IMG/VR virus record: IMGVR_UViG_2902511754_000003
Span: 9,764 to 73,763 of that record
DNA length: 64,000 bases
Origin: a virus
Taxonomy: Duplodnaviria; Caudoviricetes
Direction: 5' to 3' (one strand)
Under the pieces are notes generated by a model. The model searched no databases and was not told the origin of the DNA. It was given only the letters and a program-made list of their open reading frames with translations. Shown in pieces: positions 26,978 to 35,131 of the stretch. How positions within the stretch are numbered: position 1 is the stretch's first letter; the number at the start of each line of letters is the position of its first letter. The translations under genes and the position numbers were made by a program.

Positions 26978-27382
26978 TTATTCATCTTCGTTTCGTCTTT
27001 GTTGTTCCAGTGTGGTTATTTTACCACGTCCGAAACCTGCGATATAACCAGCTAATAATGCACCACCAATTTTAAGCACCTCTAGAGCAAAAGCAGTATT
27101 ATCTGTAAACATTGATACAAAAATAACGGCAACAACCGCAACAATAACAATACCGATAATAATATTGCGTTGTGTGTGCATTTTGGAAACTGCTTTTATT
27201 TGTTCGTTCCTGTCGCCTTTTTGTGCGTCAATGCTTGCCAGTGCAATCTTTTCATTGGATTTTATACGCTCTTGTTCAACTGCTAATTCTTTTTCTTTCA
27301 CGGCTTGATTAGCTTGTTGTACTTTGACTAAATCTCGCATTGTGGCGAGAAGTTGAACGTCTGTTTGTGGCTTTGGATTCAT
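26978..27382 (-). CDS. Coiled-coil plus two-TM hypothetical protein
   Basis: 134 aa; coupled to the upstream small ORF. Confidence 0.8.
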   Translation of the reverse strand: MNPKPQTDVQLLATMRDLVKVQQANQAVKEKELAVEQERIKSNEKIALASIDAQKGDRNEQIKAVSKMHTQRNIIIGIVIVAVVAVIFVSMFTDNTAFALEVLKIGGALLAGYIAGFGRGKITTLEQQRRNEDE

Positions 27383-27383
27383 A

Positions 27384-27578
27384 CTATCTCAACGGGCAAA
27401 GTTGTGGTGTTTTGTAAGTGATCTGGAATGAACCGTAACCACTTGAACCGATTGTAGGTGGTACAAAAGTAACAGATTGGATATTGTTATTTACACTCGC
27501 TTTTTTCGCTTCATTCAAGTACTGCTTGGCTGAAACATTGCGAGTTTTTCTAGGAACAAGCAATTTTGTTTTAGTCAT
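27384..27578 (-). CDS. 64-aa basic hypothetical protein (start MTKTKLL)
   Basis: AAAGG RBS; the upstream part of the tracked ORF runs through a promoter/leader. Confidence 0.7.
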   Translation of the reverse strand: MTKTKLLVPRKTRNVSAKQYLNEAKKASVNNNIQSVTFVPPTIGSSGYGSFQITYKTPQLCPLR

Positions 27579-27627
27579 AATAAATACCTTTGGTTGTGCG
27601 AAAATCCCTTGTGAAATAGGGTTTCTA

Positions 27628-27708
27628 TGAAAAGAGCCACTTAATGCGACTTGCTGACATTCTGTTGAAAGTGGGTTTAGTTTAGTCTGAATTGGGGGCG
27701 GTGTCAAA
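27628..27708 (-). promoter_or_regulatory. Promoter plus two-hairpin leader, copy B
   Basis: TTGACA-N17-TAAACT then ACTTTCAACAGAATGTCAGCAAGTCGCATTAAGTGGCTCTTTT; related to 31873-31953. Confidence 0.6.
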
Positions 27709-27756
27709 TTTTTCAAAAGCAAAACCACTTATTAAAATGTGAGATATGCCTCAAAA

Positions 27757-27993
27757 TTAAAATGATTTTGTTGAAGATGAAAATCGCTGTGCTATTCTTT
27801 TGATCGCCTTTGCTAACCACGAGGTATCTTTTACTGGAATGTGAATTGATTGCGTAATTTCGCCTTCGTAGGTTGCTTGGGAAACTGCCTTTATTTTTTC
27901 TTTGGCTTGCTTTGGCGTATCGGCAAAGATATTGATAACCCAAGTTTGACCCTCAAAATGATAAGTAAAGGTATATTCTTTCATTTGGTGCAT
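27757..27993 (-). CDS. Hypothetical phage protein
   Basis: 78-aa ORF with AGGAG RBS. Confidence 0.7.
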   Translation of the reverse strand: MHQMKEYTFTYHFEGQTWVINIFADTPKQAKEKIKAVSQATYEGEITQSIHIPVKDTSWLAKAIKRIAQRFSSSTKSF

Positions 27994-28004
27994 AAGGAGC
28001 TCCT

Positions 28005-28187
28005 ATGTATTTTGAAATTTATAAAGATGCGAAAGGTGAATTTCGCTGGAGATTGAAAGCAGGTAATCACCAATCTATAGCGACAAGTGGTGAAGGCTAT
28101 ACAACAAAGCAAAGTTGCCAACACGCCATTGGCGTTATTAAAACTGTAAATGAACAAACAGAAGTTAAAGACTTGACTGTTGCTTAA
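28005..28187 (+). CDS. DUF1508/YegP-family protein (moron)
   Basis: MYFEIYKDAKGEFRWRLKAGNHQSIATSGEGY; terminator AGCCCTGT...ACAGGGCTTTT follows. Confidence 0.9.
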   Translation: MYFEIYKDAKGEFRWRLKAGNHQSIATSGEGYTTKQSCQHAIGVIKTVNEQTEVKDLTVA

Positions 28188-28278
28188 AATTTAGCCCTGT
28201 AATAACAGGGCTTTTATAAAATGAAACTGTGCATAAGAGCGGTTAGGTTAATTGCGGTTTGTATCAACAACCGGCAAC

Positions 28279-28548
28279 TCAACAAACGCATTGAGCGGTT
28301 GTGGTGTTGTTTGTCTTTTCGTCAATCCAAGCCAATAAGTCTTTAAACTCATCGTAGTAACGGGCTTGCTTAGTTGCTTCTTTAACAACAAAGTCACGCA
28401 TTTCGCTATCTGAAAGTAGCCAGTATTTTTTAACCTGTTCAATCGCTCTTAATCGGTTAGGTCTTCTAAGATTAAAATTGTCGTGTATGTACTTACAAAA
28501 CAATTCAGAGAAAAACGAATAAGCTATACTGATATGCATTTCGTTCAT
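28279..28548 (-). CDS. Hypothetical phage protein
   Basis: Start overlaps the upstream stop at 28548. Confidence 0.7.
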   Translation of the reverse strand: MNEMHISIAYSFFSELFCKYIHDNFNLRRPNRLRAIEQVKKYWLLSDSEMRDFVVKEATKQARYYDEFKDLLAWIDEKTNNTTTAQCVC

Positions 28549-29204
28549 TAATCCGCTCCTAAAATTCTGCTCTTCGCCACTTCGATCAATAGTTGATACT
28601 CGCGTTTGGTTTTCTCGTCATGTACTTTCGCCGATTTTGCTAAAAACTCATCGACTGTGCCGGTAAAACAACCTCTTGTAACGATTAAGTCATCCTTGCC
28701 ATTAAACACTGTGAGTGTACCGTTCTCGGTACCGACATTACTCGCCCAGAAAATCATTTTTCGCTCGGAAACAATGGCGCAAGAACTAACCCGAGCGTTG
28801 CCATATACCCGAGCGTTGCCATATACCCGAGCGTTGCCATATACCCGAGCGTTGCCATATACCCGAGCGTTGCCATATACCTCAGCGTTGCCACATACCT
28901 CAGCGTTGCCATATACCTCAGCGTTGCCATATACCTCAGCGTTGCCATATACCTCAGCGTTGCCAAATACCCGAGCGTTGCCATATACCCGAGCGTTGCC
29001 ATATACCTCAGCGTTGCCAAATACCCGAGCGTTGCCACATACCCAAGCGTTGCCAGATTGATCTAAATTTTTCTCTGCTTCGATATAGCCGCCAAGTTCG
29101 CCGGCAACTACTGCACCAAAAGAGATTAGGGCTTTAATGCGATATAGCGTTCTGCCCAAATATTCTTTGGTGTCATCTTTCAACAGTTCGTATTTCTTTT
29201 GCAT
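28548..29204 (-). CDS. Phage protein with hexapeptide (left-handed beta-helix-like) repeats
   Basis: LYRIKAL...GELGGYIE N-terminus plus 15 GNA(R/E/W)V(Y/F/C/S) units. Confidence 0.88.
   Translation of the reverse strand: MQKKYELLKDDTKEYLGRTLYRIKALISFGAVVAGELGGYIEAEKNLDQSGNAWVCGNARVFGNAEVYGNARVYGNARVFGNAEVYGNAEVYGNAEVYGNAEVCGNAEVYGNARVYGNARVYGNARVYGNARVYGNARVSSCAIVSERKMIFWASNVGTENGTLTVFNGKDDLIVTRGCFTGTVDEFLAKSAKVHDEKTKREYQLLIEVAKSRILGAD
28785..29054 (-). repeat. 18-bp coding tandem repeat, 15 units
   Basis: GGCAACGCT(CGG/GAG/TGG)GTA(TAT/TTT/TGT)-like units counted from the translation. Confidence 0.95.
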
Positions 29205-29261
29205 TTTGTTTGTCCTATAAAAAAGCCCACGGTTAAGTGGGCGGTGTGGTTCAGAATGGGA

Positions 29262-29906
29262 TTAGCTCATTTCCTGAATGAGCTGTTGATAATATTCTTG
29301 GGCAGCACTAACACGTTCTTTGATTTTGTCGATGATGGCGTTATCACGTTTGACGGTCACGGTAGTGATCCGTTTGTCTTGCGGAATTTGTTCGACTAAA
29401 TCAATGTAGCGTTCGGGGCTATCATAACTACTGAGCATTTCGTAAGGAGTAGGGAAGAGGACAAAATCAATTTGTGCTTCTTCACAATCCCATAGCCACA
29501 TATAGCCTTGCATTTGAATGTCATAACCGGCTTTTTTCGCTTTATCTTCGGCTTCGTCTGTAAAGAACGGGTGAGTGCCAATATCCCACGAGCATTTTGT
29601 ATCAATAATGAGCTTGCGAGAGGGAACGTAAATATCACACTCTCCCGTGATCCATTCATTCTCTCGGCGTTCAGTGTTTTTCTTGAGGGGCAAGCCTCGT
29701 TTTCTGCCACTTAATTTAATGGCTTGTTCTTCCAGAAGATTCCCTTTTTCGGTGTATTTGTTGCCTTCAAAATCTTGATAACCGAACAGATCGAATTTAG
29801 CGATCTTTCTGACCGCACTTTTGGCGGTGTCGGAAAGTCCTTCTCCGCCTCTCTTCTGTGGCATTAAGTCAGCAAGACCTGAACATCTGGCTTTGAATTG
29901 GTACAT
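29262..29906 (-). CDS. PD-(D/E)XK exonuclease (YqaJ/lambda-exo-like)
   Basis: G..LEEQAI, GECDI, IIDTKCSW, QMQGYM motifs; same operon as RecT. Confidence 0.8.
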   Translation of the reverse strand: MYQFKARCSGLADLMPQKRGGEGLSDTAKSAVRKIAKFDLFGYQDFEGNKYTEKGNLLEEQAIKLSGRKRGLPLKKNTERRENEWITGECDIYVPSRKLIIDTKCSWDIGTHPFFTDEAEDKAKKAGYDIQMQGYMWLWDCEEAQIDFVLFPTPYEMLSSYDSPERYIDLVEQIPQDKRITTVTVKRDNAIIDKIKERVSAAQEYYQQLIQEMS

Positions 29907-29915
29907 CGTTATTCC

Positions 29916-30026
29916 TTATTGTTGAATGTGAGAAATTTTCCCATCGTAGTCGTGGGTGAGATCCAGTTGATATGCGCTGATAATCACAAACACGGCAAGC
30001 ACAATTTTTAAACCTTTCTTGAACAT
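29916..30026 (-). CDS. 36-aa membrane/secreted peptide with DYDGK motif (not in ORF track)
   Basis: MFKKGLKIVLAVFVIISAYQLDLTHDYDGKISHIQQ; AAAGGA RBS. Confidence 0.7.
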   Translation of the reverse strand: MFKKGLKIVLAVFVIISAYQLDLTHDYDGKISHIQQ

Positions 30027-30044
30027 TTTTTCTTCCTTTTGCTG

Positions 30045-30443
30045 AAATTTGGGTGCAAGAAACCGCCACACGATTTTCACGGGGAAAAGTGCGGTCGGTT
30101 TTGATTAAGTTTTAGATTACTTGGTAGTTATTAGATTTCGGGTTGTAATTCTCGAGGTGTTTTAGCACTCGCCAGTTACTCTCATAGTCGTATTTGAAAT
30201 CGGCTGTAAGGCGTTTCAGTAGCTTATGAACTTCCCGAATAGTGTGCTTATATTCGTAGGCTTGTCCGTAGATTGCACCGGAATATTTTGAACCGATAGT
30301 TTCCATTGCCGGATAAATCATTCGGCAAGTTTCTGTGCCTCGTAAGGCGATAAACCATATCCACGGCAGTAGTTGAAGTTCGTACTCGGTAAATTCAAAC
30401 TTGAATTTCTTTTCCGGCTCGGGCAAGGCGAGTTGTTTTGGCT
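30045..30443. repeat. ~390-bp direct repeat, copy 2
   Basis: Near-identical to 25975-26373. Confidence 0.9.
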
Positions 30444-30804
30444 GATTTTTCTCAATTAGAATTTTTTCAATTTGTTCATCACACCAAATAGCAAATTCAA
30501 CATTTAACCAACGAGCAAATGGAACAGCAAGACGACGGTGTAGCCAAGTGCCTTGTTGAGATAAATCTTTACCACCTTTGATTGTTTTTACGAAGTGGGA
30601 TTTCCCTACTTTGGCAGCGTTACCAGATTTTCTGGTTTCGGTCTTTTTGCAAAGGGTTTCAATATATTCTTGAGTTGTCGGTAACGTTAGCCAGTCATTA
30701 GGACGTTTATTAAAATGTTTTGCAATAGCCGTTGCATTAAGATATGCGTCATCTTGGAAGAAAACTTGAGTGCCGTTGTAATCGGCGGTGATGATATTTG
30801 TCAT
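30112..30804 (-). CDS. Antirepressor-type protein, KilA-N domain plus C-terminus shared with 26042-26713
   Basis: YLNATAIAKHFNKRPNDWL...GTWLHRRLAVPFARWL. Confidence 0.9.
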   Translation of the reverse strand: MTNIITADYNGTQVFFQDDAYLNATAIAKHFNKRPNDWLTLPTTQEYIETLCKKTETRKSGNAAKVGKSHFVKTIKGGKDLSQQGTWLHRRLAVPFARWLNVEFAIWCDEQIEKILIEKNQPKQLALPEPEKKFKFEFTEYELQLLPWIWFIALRGTETCRMIYPAMETIGSKYSGAIYGQAYEYKHTIREVHKLLKRLTADFKYDYESNWRVLKHLENYNPKSNNYQVI

Positions 30805-31051
30805 TTTGACTCTCCACTTGATATTTTCGATAATTCACCATTTTTCGACAAATGGTGCCGAGAGGTTCGAAAGCCTTCAAGTGGTTAGGCTGGACGTATT
30901 TCCCTTGCGGGTATTGTATTAGTCGCCCTCTCGACTTAACGAGATTTCGGCATAAAAAAGACCGCACTTTGGCGATCCGTTTACTACCGCCACTTGAAAA
31001 AGGTTTCGACACCTTGGGGCGGATAGTAGTATAAAGTGTTGGGGTTGTCAA
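30805..31051 (-). ncRNA. C4-like antisense RNA switch 2
   Basis: TTGACA-N17-TACTAT; same core; CCACTTGAA/TTTCGA complementary to flanking TCAAGTGG/TCGAAA. Confidence 0.75.
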
Positions 31052-31052
31052 A

Positions 31053-31850
31053 TTAGACTTCATTTTTATCTAAAATATCAATTAAATTTTTGATGTGGTA
31101 AAGCACGATTTTGTCGTCTACCGTGTGAACCATTACATCAACAATAAAGAGTTTGTGGTAGGGGTGTTCTCGCATTACCATCGTCTGTTTAAGCTCGTTT
31201 GTTTCAAAACTCACTTTAATCGCTTTTTTAGTAAAGGCTTCGATAATAGCTTTGTCGATCTGTTTATCTGCAGCTGTAACGGCTAATTGCATTACACAAC
31301 CTTTTTGCAATCCGACAATCGGTTCTTTCATTTCATCCATTTTCTTGCCGATTAGATGCTGTAATGCATTCGCTTTCATATTGTCGGCTTCAAAGTGAAT
31401 ATGAATACCACCATCAACTTTGATTGAGCCGATAGAAATGCTTGCTTTTGGGTCATTTGCAACAGGTTCTAAGGCGTGGCTTAGATGGCGCAATTCGCTT
31501 ACATTTATATTGTCGGGCTGTGGTCGCTTTCCTTGTAGCCAGCCGTATGTTTGAGCAAGACGTTCTCCAAACTCAAAAATAGCATTGCTATGTTCAATAA
31601 GTGTGTAAGTTGCGGCAACATAAGTTCCTAACTCGACAATAATGCTACCTTTGGTAATTTGTGTAACGTAGATGTTACTATCACAAGGTTGTAAATTTTG
31701 TTCTGGTGTAGAGTTTTGAATAAAGCGTGAATATTCTTTTGAAATGCCATCTAAACTTTGACATAAGGTGGATAACTCCACTGGTTTATCATTATGTAAG
31801 TAAATTTGTAATTTCATATTCTCATCGATTACTGTAAATGGTTCTGTCAT
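31053..31850 (-). CDS. Hypothetical accessory protein
   Basis: ~265 aa with own promoter/leader; no recognised domain. Confidence 0.8.
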   Translation of the reverse strand: MTEPFTVIDENMKLQIYLHNDKPVELSTLCQSLDGISKEYSRFIQNSTPEQNLQPCDSNIYVTQITKGSIIVELGTYVAATYTLIEHSNAIFEFGERLAQTYGWLQGKRPQPDNINVSELRHLSHALEPVANDPKASISIGSIKVDGGIHIHFEADNMKANALQHLIGKKMDEMKEPIVGLQKGCVMQLAVTAADKQIDKAIIEAFTKKAIKVSFETNELKQTMVMREHPYHKLFIVDVMVHTVDDKIVLYHIKNLIDILDKNEV

Positions 31851-31872
31851 AACACGCCTCAAAATTCAGATA

Positions 31873-31953
31873 CAAAAAAAGCCACTTAATTGTGGCTTGC
31901 CGACTTTCTGTTGAAAGTAGGCATAGTCTAGAATAAAGGGCGGTGGGTGTCAA
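31873..31953 (-). promoter_or_regulatory. Promoter plus two-hairpin leader/terminator, copy A
   Basis: TTGACA-N17-TAGACT; ACTTTC-AACA-GAAAGT hairpin; AAGCCAC-AATTAA-GTGGCTT-T-run. Confidence 0.65.
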
Positions 31954-31957
31954 ATGT

Positions 31958-32368
31958 TTAGATTAGTGATTGTCGAATAATTAGCTCTTGGTGTGCTGAA
32001 ATATCGTCTGATTGCAATGCACATTGTTGAATATATTTTAGATGTTCATTAACTAATATTCCACAATGAAATAATTCAGAATTACCTATTCGATTGCCCA
32101 ATTCATTTTTATCAAGTTCATAAAATTCATCAAAACAAATCCAAGTATTTTTACTCAGTATAGGGTTACTATTTTGTGGCAAAAAGAATGCTTGATGCGT
32201 ATTTAACTGACAACCATATTCAAGGGTATATCTCCACCCCTTTGAAGTGGTTTTAGCTACAATCAATTTTTGTGATGTCATACCCAAAATAATTAGGTAT
32301 TTATCACGCTCTCCGCCATCATTAAACTTGAATTTAGGATGAAATAAGATTGAACCCAACTGAAGCAT
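31958..32368 (-). CDS. Putative toxin, possible PemK/MazF-like fold
   Basis: G...FNDGGERDKYLIILG...IVAKTTSK resembles the MazF K-R-P..V..T-S/T layout; coupled to Panacea gene. Confidence 0.55.
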   Translation of the reverse strand: MLQLGSILFHPKFKFNDGGERDKYLIILGMTSQKLIVAKTTSKGWRYTLEYGCQLNTHQAFFLPQNSNPILSKNTWICFDEFYELDKNELGNRIGNSELFHCGILVNEHLKYIQQCALQSDDISAHQELIIRQSLI

Positions 32369-32925
32369 TACTTTAACACCTCAAGCAGTGCTAGACGTTC
32401 AATACTGTCCTTGTGCATTGACTCCCTATTTTGGCTTGGTAATGCTAACTCATAAGGAATTATTTCTTTCTTTTTGCCTTCAACTTCATAGATTTGATGC
32501 CACGGTAAACGTTCAAGGTGGGTTGCTTCGATCATATCATCAGCAAATGCATTTTTATATTGCTGTGCTAATGTATTAAGTATTTTTAATTCTCGTTTAG
32601 AAAAATGGGTTTGATCAAATTCAGACAAGGCATTAAATTTCAGCATTTCTTGTCTTCCTTTACGGATGGGAATTTGTTCAATTTTGATTTTAGCTAGAAA
32701 ATCGGCTTCTGGCTGTTTAATTTCTTCATGTAAATCGACAGGTACAGGTCCCATTTTCCAAGCAGAATAATCAAGCCCTGTTACGGAACGCCCTACTTGT
32801 TTGTAATGCTCAAAATCAAGGAAATAAAGCAACTTAAAGAGCTTTATTTTCCCTAACTTTTCAACATTTTGAGAAAAAAAAGTAATTACTTGTAACAATT
32901 TTTCTCTATTGTGAGTGATGAGCAT
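32368..32925 (-). CDS. Panacea (DUF4065/SocA-like) antitoxin
   Basis: GKIKLFKLLYFLD...YSAWKMGPVP...LIEATH..PW-like motifs. Confidence 0.88.
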   Translation of the reverse strand: MLITHNREKLLQVITFFSQNVEKLGKIKLFKLLYFLDFEHYKQVGRSVTGLDYSAWKMGPVPVDLHEEIKQPEADFLAKIKIEQIPIRKGRQEMLKFNALSEFDQTHFSKRELKILNTLAQQYKNAFADDMIEATHLERLPWHQIYEVEGKKKEIIPYELALPSQNRESMHKDSIERLALLEVLK

Positions 32926-33000
32926 TGATTTTCCTCTTTTGACTAGTGTGGTTATAGTACTTAATTTTTAATTTTAAATAAAGAATAAGAATTTCTGACG

Positions 33001-33939
33001 TTATAGTTTCTCCAACTTCTCCAATTCGTCATACTGTTCTTTGCTGAACTCATACATCCCACTATCACACAATTCTTGTAGTGTGGTTTCACCGTTGATG
33101 ATGTTTTGTTTGCATTGTTCAAAGGTTTCCTCATCAACAACTGTAATGATGTTATCCTCTTCTTTTTTGCCGCCCTCTTGCTTGTCCATTTCATCAATGC
33201 GGTATTTGTCGTTTCCATTTTCAATTTCAACCGCTCTTGCGATTTGTTCCTGACGTTCTTCCATTGGCATTTTACTGAGAACATATTTAATGGCTTTCCC
33301 AATGTACATTTCCAAATTCCACAAGGTGTAAGGCGAATAGCTGCCATTTTTCTTGCTTGGGCTGACTCCGGCAATTTGTAGGATTTTGCCAAAACTCACA
33401 AAGCGGTGAGAAATTTCATTGTTTTCTTTTGTGGAAACCAAAACGCCACGGAGATGACCTTCAACCCAAGCCGGTTCATAATCTTTTTGGTTATCAACAT
33501 CAGGGATATGTTTGACGACAGTGTCAAATCCATCGCTTACCATTTCAAATTGATCGCAGTCAAAAATAGGTGTCGCACGTAAATTAATGCCGGCACGTTT
33601 GGCTAATAATTGCCATCCTTTGTAGCCAATCTGAAATTCGGCATCTTTTTTGTACTTAACGATATAAGCAAGCCCCATATTTTTATTGAGTGGCAAGTCT
33701 AATTCTGCCGCTTGTAAACCGGACTTCACAATGCTTTCAGGGGTACAATAGACAAGCGAATCATCAAGCGCCACATTGAGTAATGTGGCTGCAAATTTCT
33801 CTTTCTTGTTTGGATCTGAGAGCAAACTTTTAATTCGGCTTTGGATACCTGCACTACCAATATAATGTTTGATATCGACTTTTCGTTGTTCTATCGGCGT
33901 TAGTTTTTTTTCTTTGCTTTCTGTTTTGTTATCTGTCAT
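33001..33939 (-). CDS. recT: RecT-family single-strand annealing protein
   Basis: CTPESIV...AAELDLP.....GLAYIV.Y...AEFQIGYKG. Confidence 0.92.
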   Translation of the reverse strand: MTDNKTESKEKKLTPIEQRKVDIKHYIGSAGIQSRIKSLLSDPNKKEKFAATLLNVALDDSLVYCTPESIVKSGLQAAELDLPLNKNMGLAYIVKYKKDAEFQIGYKGWQLLAKRAGINLRATPIFDCDQFEMVSDGFDTVVKHIPDVDNQKDYEPAWVEGHLRGVLVSTKENNEISHRFVSFGKILQIAGVSPSKKNGSYSPYTLWNLEMYIGKAIKYVLSKMPMEERQEQIARAVEIENGNDKYRIDEMDKQEGGKKEEDNIITVVDEETFEQCKQNIINGETTLQELCDSGMYEFSKEQYDELEKLEKL

Positions 33940-33951
33940 TTTTCACCTCAC

Positions 33952-34245
33952 TTAATCAGGGGCATACTCATTCATTCGTTTATCTAGACGTTGCTTTGCT
34001 ACATAAGCAATAGCTCGCTCTCGCACTTCGGTGAGCTTATAAAAAGCACCGGAACCGATAGCTAAATCGTGCAATGCTAACTCTTCATCGTTGTAGGCAA
34101 TGTATTCATTAATCGCATAAATAACGTTTTCATCTTCATTTTCAGCATCGGCTTTGATGGCTTCTATTTCTTGTTCGAGGGCAATTTCATAGCCGGCGAG
34201 GTTGTCTAGGTGTTCTTGATGGGCTGTGGCGAGAAAAGGTTTCAT
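33952..34245 (-). CDS. Hypothetical phage protein
   Basis: ORF coupled in early operon. Confidence 0.75.
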   Translation of the reverse strand: MKPFLATAHQEHLDNLAGYEIALEQEIEAIKADAENEDENVIYAINEYIAYNDEELALHDLAIGSGAFYKLTEVRERAIAYVAKQRLDKRMNEYAPD

Positions 34246-34727
34246 TTTGCTTGCTCCTGTGTGGCTTTTACCATTTCTGCCAACATTGCGAACATTGCCG
34301 GTTCAAGTACAATGGTGCGTGCGCTTGCACGGCGGTCTAAATGTAGGCGGATGTTGCCGTGTTTATCCACTAAATAACCGGTTAATCCATAAGGCGTGAA
34401 AGGCTTGCGATGTGGTTTTCGTGCCGGTTTTTGCAGCGTGGCTGGCTTCGGTGTTGTTCCTGTTAATTCAATTTTGGGTGATTCGGGTTTAACAGGTTTT
34501 GGTTCAATTTTTTTCATATTCGTCTTTCCTTTTTCATAATGCGGAATTTTTGTACTATTTAATAAATTGAATGAATCAATTCGTTTGTTTAAGGCGTTAA
34601 TCGCAACCATTTCGTTCATAAGAGGATAAGTGCGAATTTCCCGTTTATTATTTACCCAGAGTTCACCGTGATATTTTTTCGAATCAGCATTAAAAAGAAC
34701 GTGCATTTTGTAACTTTCAACTTTCAT
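34242..34727 (-). CDS. Hypothetical phage protein
   Basis: ORF coupled in early operon (4-nt overlaps). Confidence 0.75.
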   Translation of the reverse strand: MKVESYKMHVLFNADSKKYHGELWVNNKREIRTYPLMNEMVAINALNKRIDSFNLLNSTKIPHYEKGKTNMKKIEPKPVKPESPKIELTGTTPKPATLQKPARKPHRKPFTPYGLTGYLVDKHGNIRLHLDRRASARTIVLEPAMFAMLAEMVKATQEQAK

Positions 34728-35131
34728 TTTTTAGCCCTCAAAGTGCGGTCAATTTCCGCTTGTTTTTGAGCGGTATAAATTCGCAGTTCTTGTTCTGCTT
34801 GTGGGGTTAAATTAGGCGGTAAGCAAAGCCCGTTTTCATACACACCGCCTTTCAGTTCGCAACGGGTTTCAAGGCTGATTTGTTCGCTGACTTCGTTATT
34901 GTGCCAGTCGGTTGGGTTGCCCCACGCTTGAGAGACACTAAAAATGGCAATCACTACGATTGCGGTGGCGAGTAAAACAAGTGCGCCTTTGCCAAGAAAG
35001 GCGAGAAATTCAAAGATTGATTTGTGCATAATGGTGTCCTTTTTCGGTGGCTCGTTAAGAAATACGGTGCGAGAGCGCATTGCGGTTTGGTTTCGTTGTT
35101 GCCGCTTACGGCGTTTTTGTCGTTTGTTCAT
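34724..35131 (-). CDS. Hypothetical protein: Arg-rich N-terminus plus signal/TM segment; second possible start at MHKSIF
   Basis: AAGGA RBS before both ATGs. Confidence 0.7.
   Translation of the reverse strand: MNKRQKRRKRQQRNQTAMRSRTVFLNEPPKKDTIMHKSIFEFLAFLGKGALVLLATAIVVIAIFSVSQAWGNPTDWHNNEVSEQISLETRCELKGGVYENGLCLPPNLTPQAEQELRIYTAQKQAEIDRTLRAKK

Noticed and set aside
27579-27728. N-terminal part of the 114-aa tracked ORF
   Set aside because: Runs through the promoter/leader repeat; better RBS at 27578
28785-29054. CRISPR array or DGR variable repeat
   Set aside because: Contiguous 18-nt in-frame coding units with no spacers; no cas or reverse transcriptase genes in the window
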